The notes under the pieces were generated by a model. The model saw only the letters and a program-made list of their open reading frames with translations. It did not search any database and was not told the origin of the DNA. DNA of 64,000 bases, taken from Clostridia bacterium (lineage in GTDB: Bacteria > Bacillota > Clostridia > Oscillospirales > SIG627). Shown piece by piece: positions 41,043-50,198 of this stretch (position 1 is its first letter; each line of letters starts with the position of its first letter). Position numbers and translations under genes: made by a program. Location: positions 117,681-181,680 of the forward strand of contig JAFUKG010000032.1 of the NCBI GenBank assembly GCA_017467865.1, given 5' to 3'.

Positions 41043-41075
41043 AGTTTCGACGAAATTTTGCGTAAGACGAGGAAA
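41043..41075 (+). repeat. Direct repeat B, copy 1 (agtttcgacgaaattttgcgtaagacgaggaaa)
   Basis: Identical at 32 of 33 positions to 41251..41283. Followed directly by a perfect hairpin at 41071..41100. Confidence 0.75.
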
Positions 41076-41100
41076 AAGAGCCGATAACGGCTCTTTTTCC
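41071..41100. terminator. Orphan terminator-like perfect hairpin
   Basis: ggaaaaagagccg-ataa-cggctctttttcc: a 13-bp stem with A/T runs inside the arms. No adjacent CDS. Confidence 0.45.
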
Positions 41101-41250
41101 TTATACTATCACAGTTTCAAAGTATTTTTTCGTTATGCGAGTGCACGTGAGCGAGGCGAGGAAGGCTTACTAAATGTAAGTCAACGAAGCCGAGTCGAAC
41201 AAGTAGCGAAGCAGAACGGAAAAAGACGAATAACAAATTTACACTATCAC

Positions 41251-41283
41251 AGTTTCGACGAAATTTTGCGTAAGACAAGGAAA
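41251..41283 (+). repeat. Direct repeat B, copy 2 (agtttcgacgaaattttgcgtaagacaaggaaa)
   Basis: See copy 1. Preceded by actatcacagtttc, which also occurs at 41105..41118. aatttctaagaaac occurs at 41027..41040 and 41359..41372. Confidence 0.75.
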
Positions 41284-41287
41284 CAAG

Positions 41288-41335
41288 AAAACCCCGAGGA
41301 AACCTTACTGTCCGTAAGGTGACGACGGGGTTTTT
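41288..41335 (-). terminator. Terminator of the five-gene ABC/HlyD operon
   Basis: Two-tier hairpin: outer stem aaaaccccg/cggggtttt, inner stem ccttac/gtaagg. Lies about 40 nt downstream of the stop at 41375. Confidence 0.6.
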
Positions 41336-41374
41336 GAAGTTGACGAAGTATTACACGAAATTTCTAAGAAACGG

Positions 41375-43816
41375 TTAACTGTTTTCGGCGAGATAAAGGT
41401 TCACCCTACTCTCTATCGTCTTGCAGGTTTCCTCGGCGGATTTCTTGGAGTCGAAGTAGGCGCCGACGTCGGAGGTGATTATGTCGAGGACGGGGTCGTT
41501 GTAGCGGGCAAGACGGGTGGTAGTTGTGGCGATATTATAGATACTGTCGATATATCCGAGCATTCTCTCAAGCTTTTCAGAGGTGAATTCTTCATCCTCG
41601 ACGGGCGCGATTGGTGTTTCGGGCAGTGTTACTACCTTATCAGATGCTACAAGCTCCTCTGAGGTTTCAACAACAACCTCTGCAACCTCTTCACGGGGCA
41701 TAACTACCATATCGTCGTCCATGATGAAGTCATCATCGAAGTATTCATCGTCCTCCATAGCCTCTTTTTCGTAGCGAGACTTAGTACTTGTAATTTCCTT
41801 TTCCTTCATTTCTTCAAAGGCTTCTTTATTTATAGGGAAGGTCCAAGTGTACTCGGTCTGGTATTCCTTGGCGAGAAGCATCTTCATAAAGTCCCAAGCC
41901 TGCTCTTTATAAACAGACTTTGCGCCAATAGCAAACTGAGTATTGAGGTTGAGGGCGTGGGGTTCGCCTTTATTCGTGGGATAGCCGATGCAGACAATCT
42001 CTTCACCGAACTGTTCTTCCTGCCATTCAATAGAATTGAAGCTTGAAAGGTAAACAGAGTTTGCGATAACTCGGTTTTCCTTAAAGTCGTTCTCATATGC
42101 TTCCCAGTCGATATCGTTATAGTAGGTATCGTAGTCAATCTTTGCGGGGAAGGCTTTTGCAAATTCAAGGAAGGACTTAAATGTTCCGTCGGAGAAGTTG
42201 GATTTTCCGTTCTTATAGTCGATATATTCTTCAAGTATCACAGGTAAAAATCCCGTCATAAGCTGTTCGCGGTCTGTCTCTCTCATAAAGACAGCGCCGG
42301 GATAAACAGAAAGGATAGACTTCACGTCGTCAAAGGTAAGAGAGGTCTTATCCCCTACAAGACTCTTCTTTGTAACAAGGCTTCTTACAGCAAAGTTAAC
42401 GGGAAGGCTGTAAATCTTGCCGTTTGTCTCACAAGCCTTCAGAACGTTAGGGAGAAGTGTATCTCTATTTATCTCGTCATCGGAGTCAAGGTAAGCACCG
42501 AGGTCGGCAAATATTCCCTTAGTGGCGTACTTTGTAAGACTGAGTGAGCTGTCAATACAAACAATATCGGGGGTGGCACCAGAAAGAAGGTCGAGGTCAA
42601 AGCGCTCGGTGTCCGCTTCTTCCCAACCGTAAACCTTAACTGCAATTCTGTAATCCTTTGATGAGCGGTTATAGTCGATAATCATGCTCTTAAGCTGAGA
42701 GTCAAGGGCATTTGCTGCAAGGGTGATAATATACTTTTCAACCACCTCGCCCTTTGCGGCGGGGGTAAGGTGAAGAAGCTGACGGCCTTCCCAATCGGCA
42801 TCGTATTCAAAGGTATAGAACTCGTCGTTGCCTGCGGGGTAGAAACTTGAAAGTCTGTCGGAGTTGATATCGGAGTTAATAAAGTCAAGAAGGGGTACTT
42901 CTTCTTTTTTATCGAAATCGTATCTTGATATAGTGCTGTAATCGTTTATGTAAACCGTTCCGTCGTCAGCCATCTGCACGCTGTGGTAGGAGGAGATGGT
43001 GTCAATGGTTTTGAATTCTGCCTTTGAAATAGAGAAGTCGATAATCTCTACCTTGCTTTCCTCTCCCGACCAATCCCAAGCGGAAAGTCTGAGGGTATCG
43101 TCATTAATGAGGGCAACGTCGTTCGGGGATTTATTCTGAGGGAGCTCGGTAAGGCTTAATGGGTTCGCGTCCTTGTCGATAACGAAGATATATTTGTTAC
43201 CGATGAGCATAACGAGCTTTCCGTCGGAGGTTTCGGCAAGCTGACCCATATAGGTGGAATAGCTATCCCCTGCAAACTCGGGGCGTGATTTAAGAAGAGG
43301 GGTGATGCTTATTTCTCTTGAAAAGCTTCCGTCCTCTTCGAGGAGCTTCAAGACAGTATTCTCCTCATAGTTATACTGTTCGGTGTCACTGTCGTACCAG
43401 CTCTTATATTCCGTAAAGGAGAGCCAGAGCTTACCGTTGGCACCTGCGTTATAGCCGTTGAGGTATTTGCCCGTATCGGTGCCTGTTGTCTCGTCGTAGT
43501 TCCACTCACCCTTAAAGGTGTAAAGCTCGCGGATATCTGTCAGGTCGGCGTTGGCAGTATATACGCAATCGTACCAGTCGGAGATTTCGTTGCCGTCATC
43601 ATCGGTGGTTTTAACCTCCTTCGAGCCGTTGAAGAAGGCTCTGTCACCCGACATCATAATATTATAGAGGTCTACACCGTCGGGGGTGGGGAGCTTCTTT
43701 GCCATATAAACGTTTTCAAGTGCTACCTTTTCGGGCTTCTTTTCTTCCTTGGGCCCGCAGGATGCAAGAGCAAAAAGGGTGAAAAGAGCAAGGACAAGGG
43801 TGAGAATTTTTTTCAT
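41375..43816 (-). CDS. Large extracellular solute-binding lipoprotein (ABC substrate-binding domain with an N-terminal extension of about 350 aa and an acidic insert)
   Basis: 813 aa with lipobox LASC. The C-terminal two-thirds resembles family-1 sugar SBPs (..ITLAANALDSQLKSMIIDYN..PDIVCID..). ATGA overlap with the upstream gene. Confidence 0.65.
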   Translation of the reverse strand: MKKILTLVLALFTLFALASCGPKEEKKPEKVALENVYMAKKLPTPDGVDLYNIMMSGDRAFFNGSKEVKTTDDDGNEISDWYDCVYTANADLTDIRELYTFKGEWNYDETTGTDTGKYLNGYNAGANGKLWLSFTEYKSWYDSDTEQYNYEENTVLKLLEEDGSFSREISITPLLKSRPEFAGDSYSTYMGQLAETSDGKLVMLIGNKYIFVIDKDANPLSLTELPQNKSPNDVALINDDTLRLSAWDWSGEESKVEIIDFSISKAEFKTIDTISSYHSVQMADDGTVYINDYSTISRYDFDKKEEVPLLDFINSDINSDRLSSFYPAGNDEFYTFEYDADWEGRQLLHLTPAAKGEVVEKYIITLAANALDSQLKSMIIDYNRSSKDYRIAVKVYGWEEADTERFDLDLLSGATPDIVCIDSSLSLTKYATKGIFADLGAYLDSDDEINRDTLLPNVLKACETNGKIYSLPVNFAVRSLVTKKSLVGDKTSLTFDDVKSILSVYPGAVFMRETDREQLMTGFLPVILEEYIDYKNGKSNFSDGTFKSFLEFAKAFPAKIDYDTYYNDIDWEAYENDFKENRVIANSVYLSSFNSIEWQEEQFGEEIVCIGYPTNKGEPHALNLNTQFAIGAKSVYKEQAWDFMKMLLAKEYQTEYTWTFPINKEAFEEMKEKEITSTKSRYEKEAMEDDEYFDDDFIMDDDMVVMPREEVAEVVVETSEELVASDKVVTLPETPIAPVEDEEFTSEKLERMLGYIDSIYNIATTTTRLARYNDPVLDIITSDVGAYFDSKKSAEETCKTIESRVNLYLAENS

Positions 43817-44721
43817 CTTTTTTTCCTTTCGATAATAAATAGAATAAGGTTTAACACGAAAAATACAAAGCTTACAGCCACAAGGACTTCAAGTATCACA
43901 AGAGTATCCTCTCTTTGTCTGTCGTCATTTTCCCAGAAGGGCAGGGGCTCTTCCTCGGTGATGATAGAGCGGGAGGTAAAGCTTTTTAAATTCGAGAAGG
44001 TATTCTTGAGGCTATATCGGGAGGTGACGTCAATTGCCGTCTTGCCCTCGGTGACCTCTTTCAGAGAATTCAAGGCGTGGGAGTCCACGGGATTCTGCAT
44101 ACATATTTCGTAGTAATCAAAGTCCTTCATGCCGAATATCTTTTCGGCAATATTTTCGGGGATATAAATCATGGGCTTTTCTTCAAGCTGTGCCTTGTAG
44201 GCGTCGCTTTCGTCAAGGGCAACAACGCCTGCAACGTAGCAGGGCGTGCCTGACACGTAGACTCTCATTCCCTCGCAATTACTGCTGCCGAAAAGCTGAA
44301 AGGCAAGTCTTTCGTCGATTACCACTCTGTCAAAATTCAGGTCGGTGTCAGAGTAGTACCAGCCGTGAAGAAAGTCAAGATTATGGAACAAGAACCAATT
44401 TCCACCCGTAACGACGCAGGCACTCTCGGTGCTTTTTCCGTTATCGTTATTGACACTTGCCGTTTCAAAGCGAGAATAGGCGTCGCACCACAGACGCTGT
44501 GTGTCGGGAGTGCTCTCGCTGACGCTGTCGGCGGTGAAGCGAATAGCGCTTATCTCAGCGGAGCTGAAGCCGTCTGGGTCAAAAAGCCTTATAGTGGCGT
44601 AATCCTCACCGAAGGGCGGGATATCCCTCGACTCGCCGATAAAGATAAGAGTCCATGTGAGAAGGACTATAAATATAAGGGCAGAAAGGATAAGCTTAAT
44701 GAGTCCTTTCATATCAATCAC
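43813..44721 (-). CDS. Bitopic membrane protein with a MacB-periplasmic-core-like domain (no FtsX permease domain)
   Basis: 302 aa with N- and C-terminal TM helices. The middle part resembles the MacB_PCD of ABC exporter permeases (..RVVIDERLAFQLFGS..GTPCYVAGVV..). Overlaps the upstream stop by 8 nt. Confidence 0.45.
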   Translation of the reverse strand: MIDMKGLIKLILSALIFIVLLTWTLIFIGESRDIPPFGEDYATIRLFDPDGFSSAEISAIRFTADSVSESTPDTQRLWCDAYSRFETASVNNDNGKSTESACVVTGGNWFLFHNLDFLHGWYYSDTDLNFDRVVIDERLAFQLFGSSNCEGMRVYVSGTPCYVAGVVALDESDAYKAQLEEKPMIYIPENIAEKIFGMKDFDYYEICMQNPVDSHALNSLKEVTEGKTAIDVTSRYSLKNTFSNLKSFTSRSIITEEEPLPFWENDDRQREDTLVILEVLVAVSFVFFVLNLILFIIERKKR

Positions 44722-46783
44722 TCAGCCTTACGTAACCGCCCTCTTCAAAGGGCTTGGTGGATGAGGTGATAACGTACTCGTAAAGATATGCTTCGTCGGT
44801 AGCGATAGCCACGTTCTTATCGTCGCTTGCGGCAACGGTAACGGGAAGTCTGGTTGCAACAAATCTATCTCCGAGAGGTGTGGACTTTGTCTTTGTGATA
44901 TAGATAAACTTGCCCTCTGAGTCCTCGTGGAGTGCGTTCTTGGGGATAACCGCGGAGTAGCCCGTTGTACGCTCACCAACGGTGAGTGTAAGGGTCTGAC
45001 CCGCGTTCACGTTGCCAGATAACTCAAAGGTAAGGGTCTTGGTCTTACCGCCTTGGTCGGGTGTAATCTTTGTAAGAACTGCACCCACGCTTTGACCCCA
45101 ATAGGTATCGGAAACTGTAGCGGTGTCACCTTCCTTGAGTCTGCTTGCCTCGTTCACCGAAACGGAGAAAGAAAGAGTATATCCGCTTTCCACCACCTCT
45201 ACGGTCAGCGCCGCCGCGCCGTCGGTAGCTACCTCGCCGGGTCTGAAGTTAACCTCGGTGACGGTACCGCTTCTCGAAGCCTTCAGCTCATAACCTTCCT
45301 TGGAGCCGCCCTTGATTTCAGCGAGCTCTGCCTTCTTCTTCTGAATTTCTGCATACTCTTTGTTTCTGTCAAAATTTTCAAGCTCTGCCGCCTTTTTGTC
45401 GGCTTCTTTTTTCTTTTCAAGGGCGCGCACTAATTGTTCAAGACTGCGCTCACCCGACTTTATCTCGGCGTCAAGTGTTTTTACTGTGTCCAGCTCAGCA
45501 AGCTTTTCTTCTGCCTCTGCCTTTTCTTCGCCAAGGTCCTCAAGAGCTTTCTTTGAGGTCTTGATAGAAGCTGTCAGCTCCTTGTTGGCGGTTTTTACAA
45601 GCTCTTCCAGTGCTTTTTCGAGCACTTCCAAATCCGCCTCTTCGCTCTCAAGAGCCTTTTCCTTTATGGAAACTGTGTTCTTATAATCGTTGTAGGCTTT
45701 GTTTTCCTTATTAGCCGATGAAATCTCTGCTCTTACAGAGTATATCTCATAGCTGATGTTGTCAACCTCTGTTACCTGTGCAGCGATAGCTCTTTCGGCG
45801 GTCTTTATTTCCTCGGCGTTCTCGTTATAAAGCTTTTCTGCCTCGTCGAAGGCGGTCTGCGCACTGTCGAGAGTCTCCTTTGCCGTCAGAGCCTCGGCGG
45901 AGTCCTCACCGTAGTCTGTTACCGCTTTATCATAGTCGGTCTTAGCTTTGTTGAGGGCGGTTTCTGCCGACTTTTTATCGTCTCTTATTTTAATAAGGTG
46001 TGCATTGTCCTCTTTTAAATAGGAAAGCTCTGTTTTGGCTCTGTCATATGAGTCATAGAGAGAGTCAAGCTGACTGTTGAGTGAGCCCGTGTCGGTCTTA
46101 TTCACCTCAGAAAGTGCCTTTTCCGCCTTTTCAAGGGCTTCCTTTGCTATATCCACACGCTCTTGTGCTTTAGCTACCTTTTCTCTTGCCTCTACTATTT
46201 CGGGGTCGGATGAATTTTCGGAAAGCTCTTCAAGCTCCTCTTCAAGGCTTTCAAGACGCTCGCTTTCCGCCTCGTATGCCTTCTCTTTATCCTCGGCGTT
46301 TTTCTTAATGCCTGCGATATATTCGTCGGTGTACACCGCTCTTTCTGCCTTGATTATATTCAGGTCCTCGGTGGCTATCTTTATCTGATATTCGTCGTCC
46401 TCGTAGTCATACTCTGTTTTAGAGAGAAGGGCTCTGTTGTATGCGTCCTCAAGGGTTGCAATCTCGGCCTCAAGGCTTTCCGCCTTTTCGGAGTCGGTGG
46501 GGCCGAGGAGCATGAGAGTCTGTCCTGCTTCCACCACACTTCCTCTTGACACGTAGACCTCTTCTATCTTGCGGTCTCCCTTGACGGTTTCGGTGTAGGT
46601 AAGGTTTGACACTACCTGACCGCTTCCTCTTACTCCCGTCTTTATTTCACCGTACTCGGTGTATCTGCCCGAAACCTGAGGCAGTGACCAGTTGAGAATG
46701 GTGTTGGAGAAAAAGGTAAGCACAAGCATTACCGCAAGGAATATAATTGCTATATTTTTTATTAAATCTTTTCTTGTCTTCAT
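44714..46783 (-). CDS. HlyD/membrane-fusion-protein-like adaptor with a greatly expanded coiled coil
   Basis: 689 aa. N-terminal TM helix, a lipoyl-like half (..VSRGSVVEAGQTLMLL..), about 395 residues rich in E/K/A/L heptads, then beta-barrel and membrane-proximal domains (..LKASRSGTVTEVNFRPGEVA..). Confidence 0.7.
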   Translation of the reverse strand: MKTRKDLIKNIAIIFLAVMLVLTFFSNTILNWSLPQVSGRYTEYGEIKTGVRGSGQVVSNLTYTETVKGDRKIEEVYVSRGSVVEAGQTLMLLGPTDSEKAESLEAEIATLEDAYNRALLSKTEYDYEDDEYQIKIATEDLNIIKAERAVYTDEYIAGIKKNAEDKEKAYEAESERLESLEEELEELSENSSDPEIVEAREKVAKAQERVDIAKEALEKAEKALSEVNKTDTGSLNSQLDSLYDSYDRAKTELSYLKEDNAHLIKIRDDKKSAETALNKAKTDYDKAVTDYGEDSAEALTAKETLDSAQTAFDEAEKLYNENAEEIKTAERAIAAQVTEVDNISYEIYSVRAEISSANKENKAYNDYKNTVSIKEKALESEEADLEVLEKALEELVKTANKELTASIKTSKKALEDLGEEKAEAEEKLAELDTVKTLDAEIKSGERSLEQLVRALEKKKEADKKAAELENFDRNKEYAEIQKKKAELAEIKGGSKEGYELKASRSGTVTEVNFRPGEVATDGAAALTVEVVESGYTLSFSVSVNEASRLKEGDTATVSDTYWGQSVGAVLTKITPDQGGKTKTLTFELSGNVNAGQTLTLTVGERTTGYSAVIPKNALHEDSEGKFIYITKTKSTPLGDRFVATRLPVTVAASDDKNVAIATDEAYLYEYVITSSTKPFEEGGYVRLSD

Positions 46784-46789
46784 ATTCGT

Positions 46790-47692
46790 TTATCCTTTCA
46801 CACTGCCTTGATAGGTAATTCCTTCCACAAGACTTTCTTCTCCGTGGAGGAAAAGAAGTATGGGGGGTATCATATAAATCGTTGCTACTGCAAAGGCAAC
46901 TCCCACTTCCCCCGTGTTTATCTCGGATAAGAATACCGAGAGTGGCTGAAGCTCGGGGTTGTCAAGGAGTATGAGCACCTGCTCAACCATATTCCAGTTA
47001 TCTATAAAGGTGAGAATTACTACGGAGTAAAGGGCGTTTTTACACATGGGCAGACAGATTTTGCGGAATATCTTAAATTCGCCCGCTCCGTCAAGCCTTG
47101 CCGCTTCAACTGCCGCCACGGGAATGCGCCTCATGCTTTTGGTGAGTATGAACACCGACAGAGGTGCAAAAAGTCCGGGAAGTATTACCGCCCAGCGGGT
47201 GCCTATAATTCCAAGCATATCGGAAACAAGGAAGTTAGGAACCAAGGTAACCTGATAGGGCATAAGCATTATTACGATGTATGCGAAAAATATAACGTTC
47301 TTCACCTTGCCTCGGTATCTGTAAAAGCCGTAGGAGGACAAAGCCGCCAGACACACCTGACCTGCCACAATAGGCAGCGTAAGTATCATAGAATTCCAAA
47401 ACTTCAAGAGATATTCGGGACTCTGAAAAAGTACTGTGAAATACTGTCTGAAGCTTACCATATCGGGTATAAGCTTTAGCTTTACCGACTCCGACATATA
47501 GGAGGAGCCCCCTGACACGTTGCCGAGTACTGCGCCGTAGGTAGAGGTGAGCTCGGTTTCGGACATAAAAGAATTGGTAAATGTGAAAAGCGTGGGCATT
47601 ATGAATATAAATGCAAACATAAGCGCCCATATGAAGAAGAGTGTTATTCTCGTTCTTTTCAGTATCTTTGCACGGCTTATTTTTCTTTTCAT
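46790..47692 (-). CDS. Carbohydrate-type ABC transporter permease (MalG/UgpE-like)
   Basis: 300 aa with six TM segments and the EAA loop EAARLDGAGEFKIFRKICLP. ATGA overlap with the upstream permease gene. Confidence 0.85.
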   Translation of the reverse strand: MKRKISRAKILKRTRITLFFIWALMFAFIFIMPTLFTFTNSFMSETELTSTYGAVLGNVSGGSSYMSESVKLKLIPDMVSFRQYFTVLFQSPEYLLKFWNSMILTLPIVAGQVCLAALSSYGFYRYRGKVKNVIFFAYIVIMLMPYQVTLVPNFLVSDMLGIIGTRWAVILPGLFAPLSVFILTKSMRRIPVAAVEAARLDGAGEFKIFRKICLPMCKNALYSVVILTFIDNWNMVEQVLILLDNPELQPLSVFLSEINTGEVGVAFAVATIYMIPPILLFLHGEESLVEGITYQGSVKG

Positions 47693-48567
47693 TCTTCCAC
47701 ATCCTTTCCGAACTTATCTTCAAGGATAAATATTATACCGATTATCACTATAATGAAAAGCGACATAACAATTGCCGCCGCTGAAAGGCGTGGGTAGTCA
47801 AGATTTTTGAAGGTATTATTCATAAAGTGCTGTAAGAAGTAAAGCGTCTCATAAGGCCACTGACCCGTGAGAAGATAGACCTCACGGAAAATCTTAAAGG
47901 AGTTTATAAGAGATAAAAGTAGCACGAAAAAGAGAGAAGGAGATATGTAGCGGAGTTTTATCTTAAAAAAGCGCTGAAGGGCGTTTGCGCCGTCTACCTC
48001 TGCCGCCTCTACCTGATCCTTGGGGATATTGGAAAGGGCTGCCATAAAAAGTATCATATTGTAGCCGAGATTTTTCCACAAGAAGAGGAGGGCTACAACT
48101 ATCTGACTGTACTCCGACTTCATCCAATCCACGGGCTCAAGTCCGAAAAGCTCGATAAAGGAATTGAAGGAGCCGTTGAAGCTGAACATTACCTGCCATA
48201 TGAGAATAATGGAGGCGGTTGGCACCATAAGGGGACTTAAGAACATAGTTCTGAATTTGCTTTTACCCGGTATCTTGGAGTCAAGGATAACGGCAAGAAT
48301 AAGAGAGAATATAACCGCCGAAAAAACCGTTACCAGTGAAAAGGTGAGAGTGTTCTTTGAGGCGGTGAGAAAGGCAGAGTTCTGAAAGAGTGCCTTGAAG
48401 TTGTCAAGACCCACGAAATTACGGGTGGAAATATTATCAATAAGAGAGTAGTATATAACAAACCCGAAGGGGAGCACGTAGAACACCGAAACACCTATAA
48501 GACCGGGCAGAATATAAAGCCATGAATACGCTCTCTGTCCTATTTTTTTCAGGTCTCTTTTCTTCAA
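47689..48567 (-). CDS. Carbohydrate-type ABC transporter permease (MalF/UgpA-like)
   Basis: EAA loop EAAEVDGANALQRFFKIKL. I prefer the TTG at 48567, which lies about 8 nt after aggagg, over the SD-less GTG at 48588 used by the ORF track. Confidence 0.85.
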   Translation of the reverse strand: MKKRDLKKIGQRAYSWLYILPGLIGVSVFYVLPFGFVIYYSLIDNISTRNFVGLDNFKALFQNSAFLTASKNTLTFSLVTVFSAVIFSLILAVILDSKIPGKSKFRTMFLSPLMVPTASIILIWQVMFSFNGSFNSFIELFGLEPVDWMKSEYSQIVVALLFLWKNLGYNMILFMAALSNIPKDQVEAAEVDGANALQRFFKIKLRYISPSLFFVLLLSLINSFKIFREVYLLTGQWPYETLYFLQHFMNNTFKNLDYPRLSAAAIVMSLFIIVIIGIIFILEDKFGKDVEE

Positions 48568-48693
48568 TTTCCTCTCCTCCTTTTTCACTTTTTTGTTTAG
48601 ACTTAATTTTTCCTGAAAAGTTCCTTAAATTTTCTAAATTAATTATATATTCTCATATGTATTTTTACAATGGTATTAACAAAAAATTAATAA

Positions 48694-48729
48694 AAAAATC
48701 CTTGAAGAATTCTTCAAGGATTTTTGTGT
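48694..48729 (-). terminator. Terminator after tmk
   Basis: Perfect palindrome atccttgaagaattcttcaaggat flanked by A7 and T5 runs. Confidence 0.7.
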
Positions 48730-48731
48730 AT

Positions 48732-49394
48732 TCATATTGCGTTTTTTACAGCCTTGTAAATCTCCTCAGCAATGTCCTCTCTCGTTCTCATCTTGCCGTT
48801 TTCGGCACAGTGTACCGTGGTCCATCCAAGAGTCTCAGCCGAGAAGAGTGCGGCGGAGTAGGCTCGCTTCAGGTGTCCTTCATTTTCGTGGATATCTATT
48901 TCTCTGCCCGTTTCCTCGCTTCTCTTATTGATGAGGCCGAGGCTTATTTCCACGGGCACCTCAAGGAAGAGAGTCAGGTCGGGGGAAGGAATGGCAAGCT
49001 TATTAAATTCAAAGTCATAAAGCCATTCAAGGAAGCTCTTTCGCTGGGTGTCTCCCTCAATTTTGGTGAGCTGATGAATTGCGTTGGCGGTAGTATAGCG
49101 GTTAGCAATGATGACGCTTCCCCTATCATAAGCGCTTTTCCAATTCTTTACAAAGCTTGCAAAGCGGTCAACTGCAAAGAATGACGAGGACGCATAGGCG
49201 TTGACTGCATCGGGGTCGTGAGAAAACTCACCGCCGAGGTACATCTTAACAAGGGCTGAAGAGCTTGAGTCATAGTCGGGGAAGGACACGAGAGTTGTGT
49301 CGATACCCTCTCTTTTCAGTCTTTCAAAGAGTATTTCCGACTGGGTCTGCTTGCCCGACCCGTCAAGTCCGTCGATAGTTATAAGTATTCCCAT
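48732..49394 (-). CDS. tmk: dTMP (thymidylate) kinase
   Basis: 220 aa with P-loop IDGLDGSGKQTQ and overall Tmk-like layout. SD is aaaggag. Confidence 0.7.
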   Translation of the reverse strand: MGILITIDGLDGSGKQTQSEILFERLKREGIDTTLVSFPDYDSSSSALVKMYLGGEFSHDPDAVNAYASSSFFAVDRFASFVKNWKSAYDRGSVIIANRYTTANAIHQLTKIEGDTQRKSFLEWLYDFEFNKLAIPSPDLTLFLEVPVEISLGLINKRSEETGREIDIHENEGHLKRAYSAALFSAETLGWTTVHCAENGKMRTREDIAEEIYKAVKNAI

Positions 49395-49397
49395 TTT

Positions 49398-50141
49398 TTA
49401 CTTCTCCTTTTTTGAAAAAAGCGTTCCGAAAATAAATTTGGGCAGTTTCATCATGCGTCCCAGCCTTTTAGGCTCCTTTATGAGACGGTAAAACCATTCA
49501 AGGTTTAATTTCACGAATACTCTCGGTGCTCTTTTCACCGTTCCTGCAAAGACGTCGAGAGTACCGCCAAGACCTATGATAAGCTTTGCGTTCAGCTTGT
49601 CTCTGTTCTGATATATCCATTTTTCCTGCATGGGAACACCGAGACAGACAAAAAGTATGTCGGCGCCCGAAGAATTTATCTTCTCTATGAGCTCGGCGTA
49701 TCCCTCGGGCTTCACGTAGCCGTGGGAGGTTCCTGCCGCCTTAAAGCCGTACTTCTCACCCATCTTCCTGTCGGCAAGGTCGGCAACGCTTATCCCCTCG
49801 TCGGTGGCGGGCTTTGAGCCATAGAAGAAAATCTTATATTTCCCATCGGCTGAGCCCTTTACAAGACTTTCGGCAAACTCACAGCCTGCAACCTTGCCCT
49901 TAAGGGGCTTTTTAAGTATCCTTGAAGCAAGGACAACTCCTGCGCCGTCGGGAATGACAAGCTCTGCAGAGTTGATAACGTCACGAAAGCTATCGTCCTC
50001 TATTGCCATCTGTACTATCTCAGCATTGGGAGTGAAAACAACGCACTGCTCTCCACGCTCTATGTACCCTTCGGCAACCTCTATCGCCTCGCTTGGCGTC
50101 ACGTTGTCGAAAAGAACACCTCTTATATTGATTTTTTCCAT
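49398..50141 (-). CDS. WecB/TagA/CpsF-family glycosyltransferase
   Basis: Start moved to ATG 50141 (MEKINIRGVLFDNVT). Contains ..VFTPNAEIV.., ..PDGAGVV.. and ..LFVCLGVPMQEKW.. . Confidence 0.8.
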   Translation of the reverse strand: MEKINIRGVLFDNVTPSEAIEVAEGYIERGEQCVVFTPNAEIVQMAIEDDSFRDVINSAELVIPDGAGVVLASRILKKPLKGKVAGCEFAESLVKGSADGKYKIFFYGSKPATDEGISVADLADRKMGEKYGFKAAGTSHGYVKPEGYAELIEKINSSGADILFVCLGVPMQEKWIYQNRDKLNAKLIIGLGGTLDVFAGTVKRAPRVFVKLNLEWFYRLIKEPKRLGRMMKLPKFIFGTLFSKKEK

Positions 50142-50198
50142 ATGTGTAAATCCTTTTTTTAGAGTAATAAATCGAAAATTGCAAGCACCATTACGGAA

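Noticed and set aside
39546-41374. SLOG/XRE/small-ORF region as a prophage remnant or mobile island
   Set aside because: There is no integrase, recombinase, transposase, phage structural gene, tRNA target or flanking direct repeat. Only the XRE regulator and the toxin-like module hint at mobility, which is not enough support.
48522-49184. 220-aa + strand ORF covering the permease promoter region, the tmk terminator and the antisense of tmk
   Set aside because: It crosses a strong terminator palindrome and an intergenic region, and it is antisense to a P-loop kinase gene with good signals.
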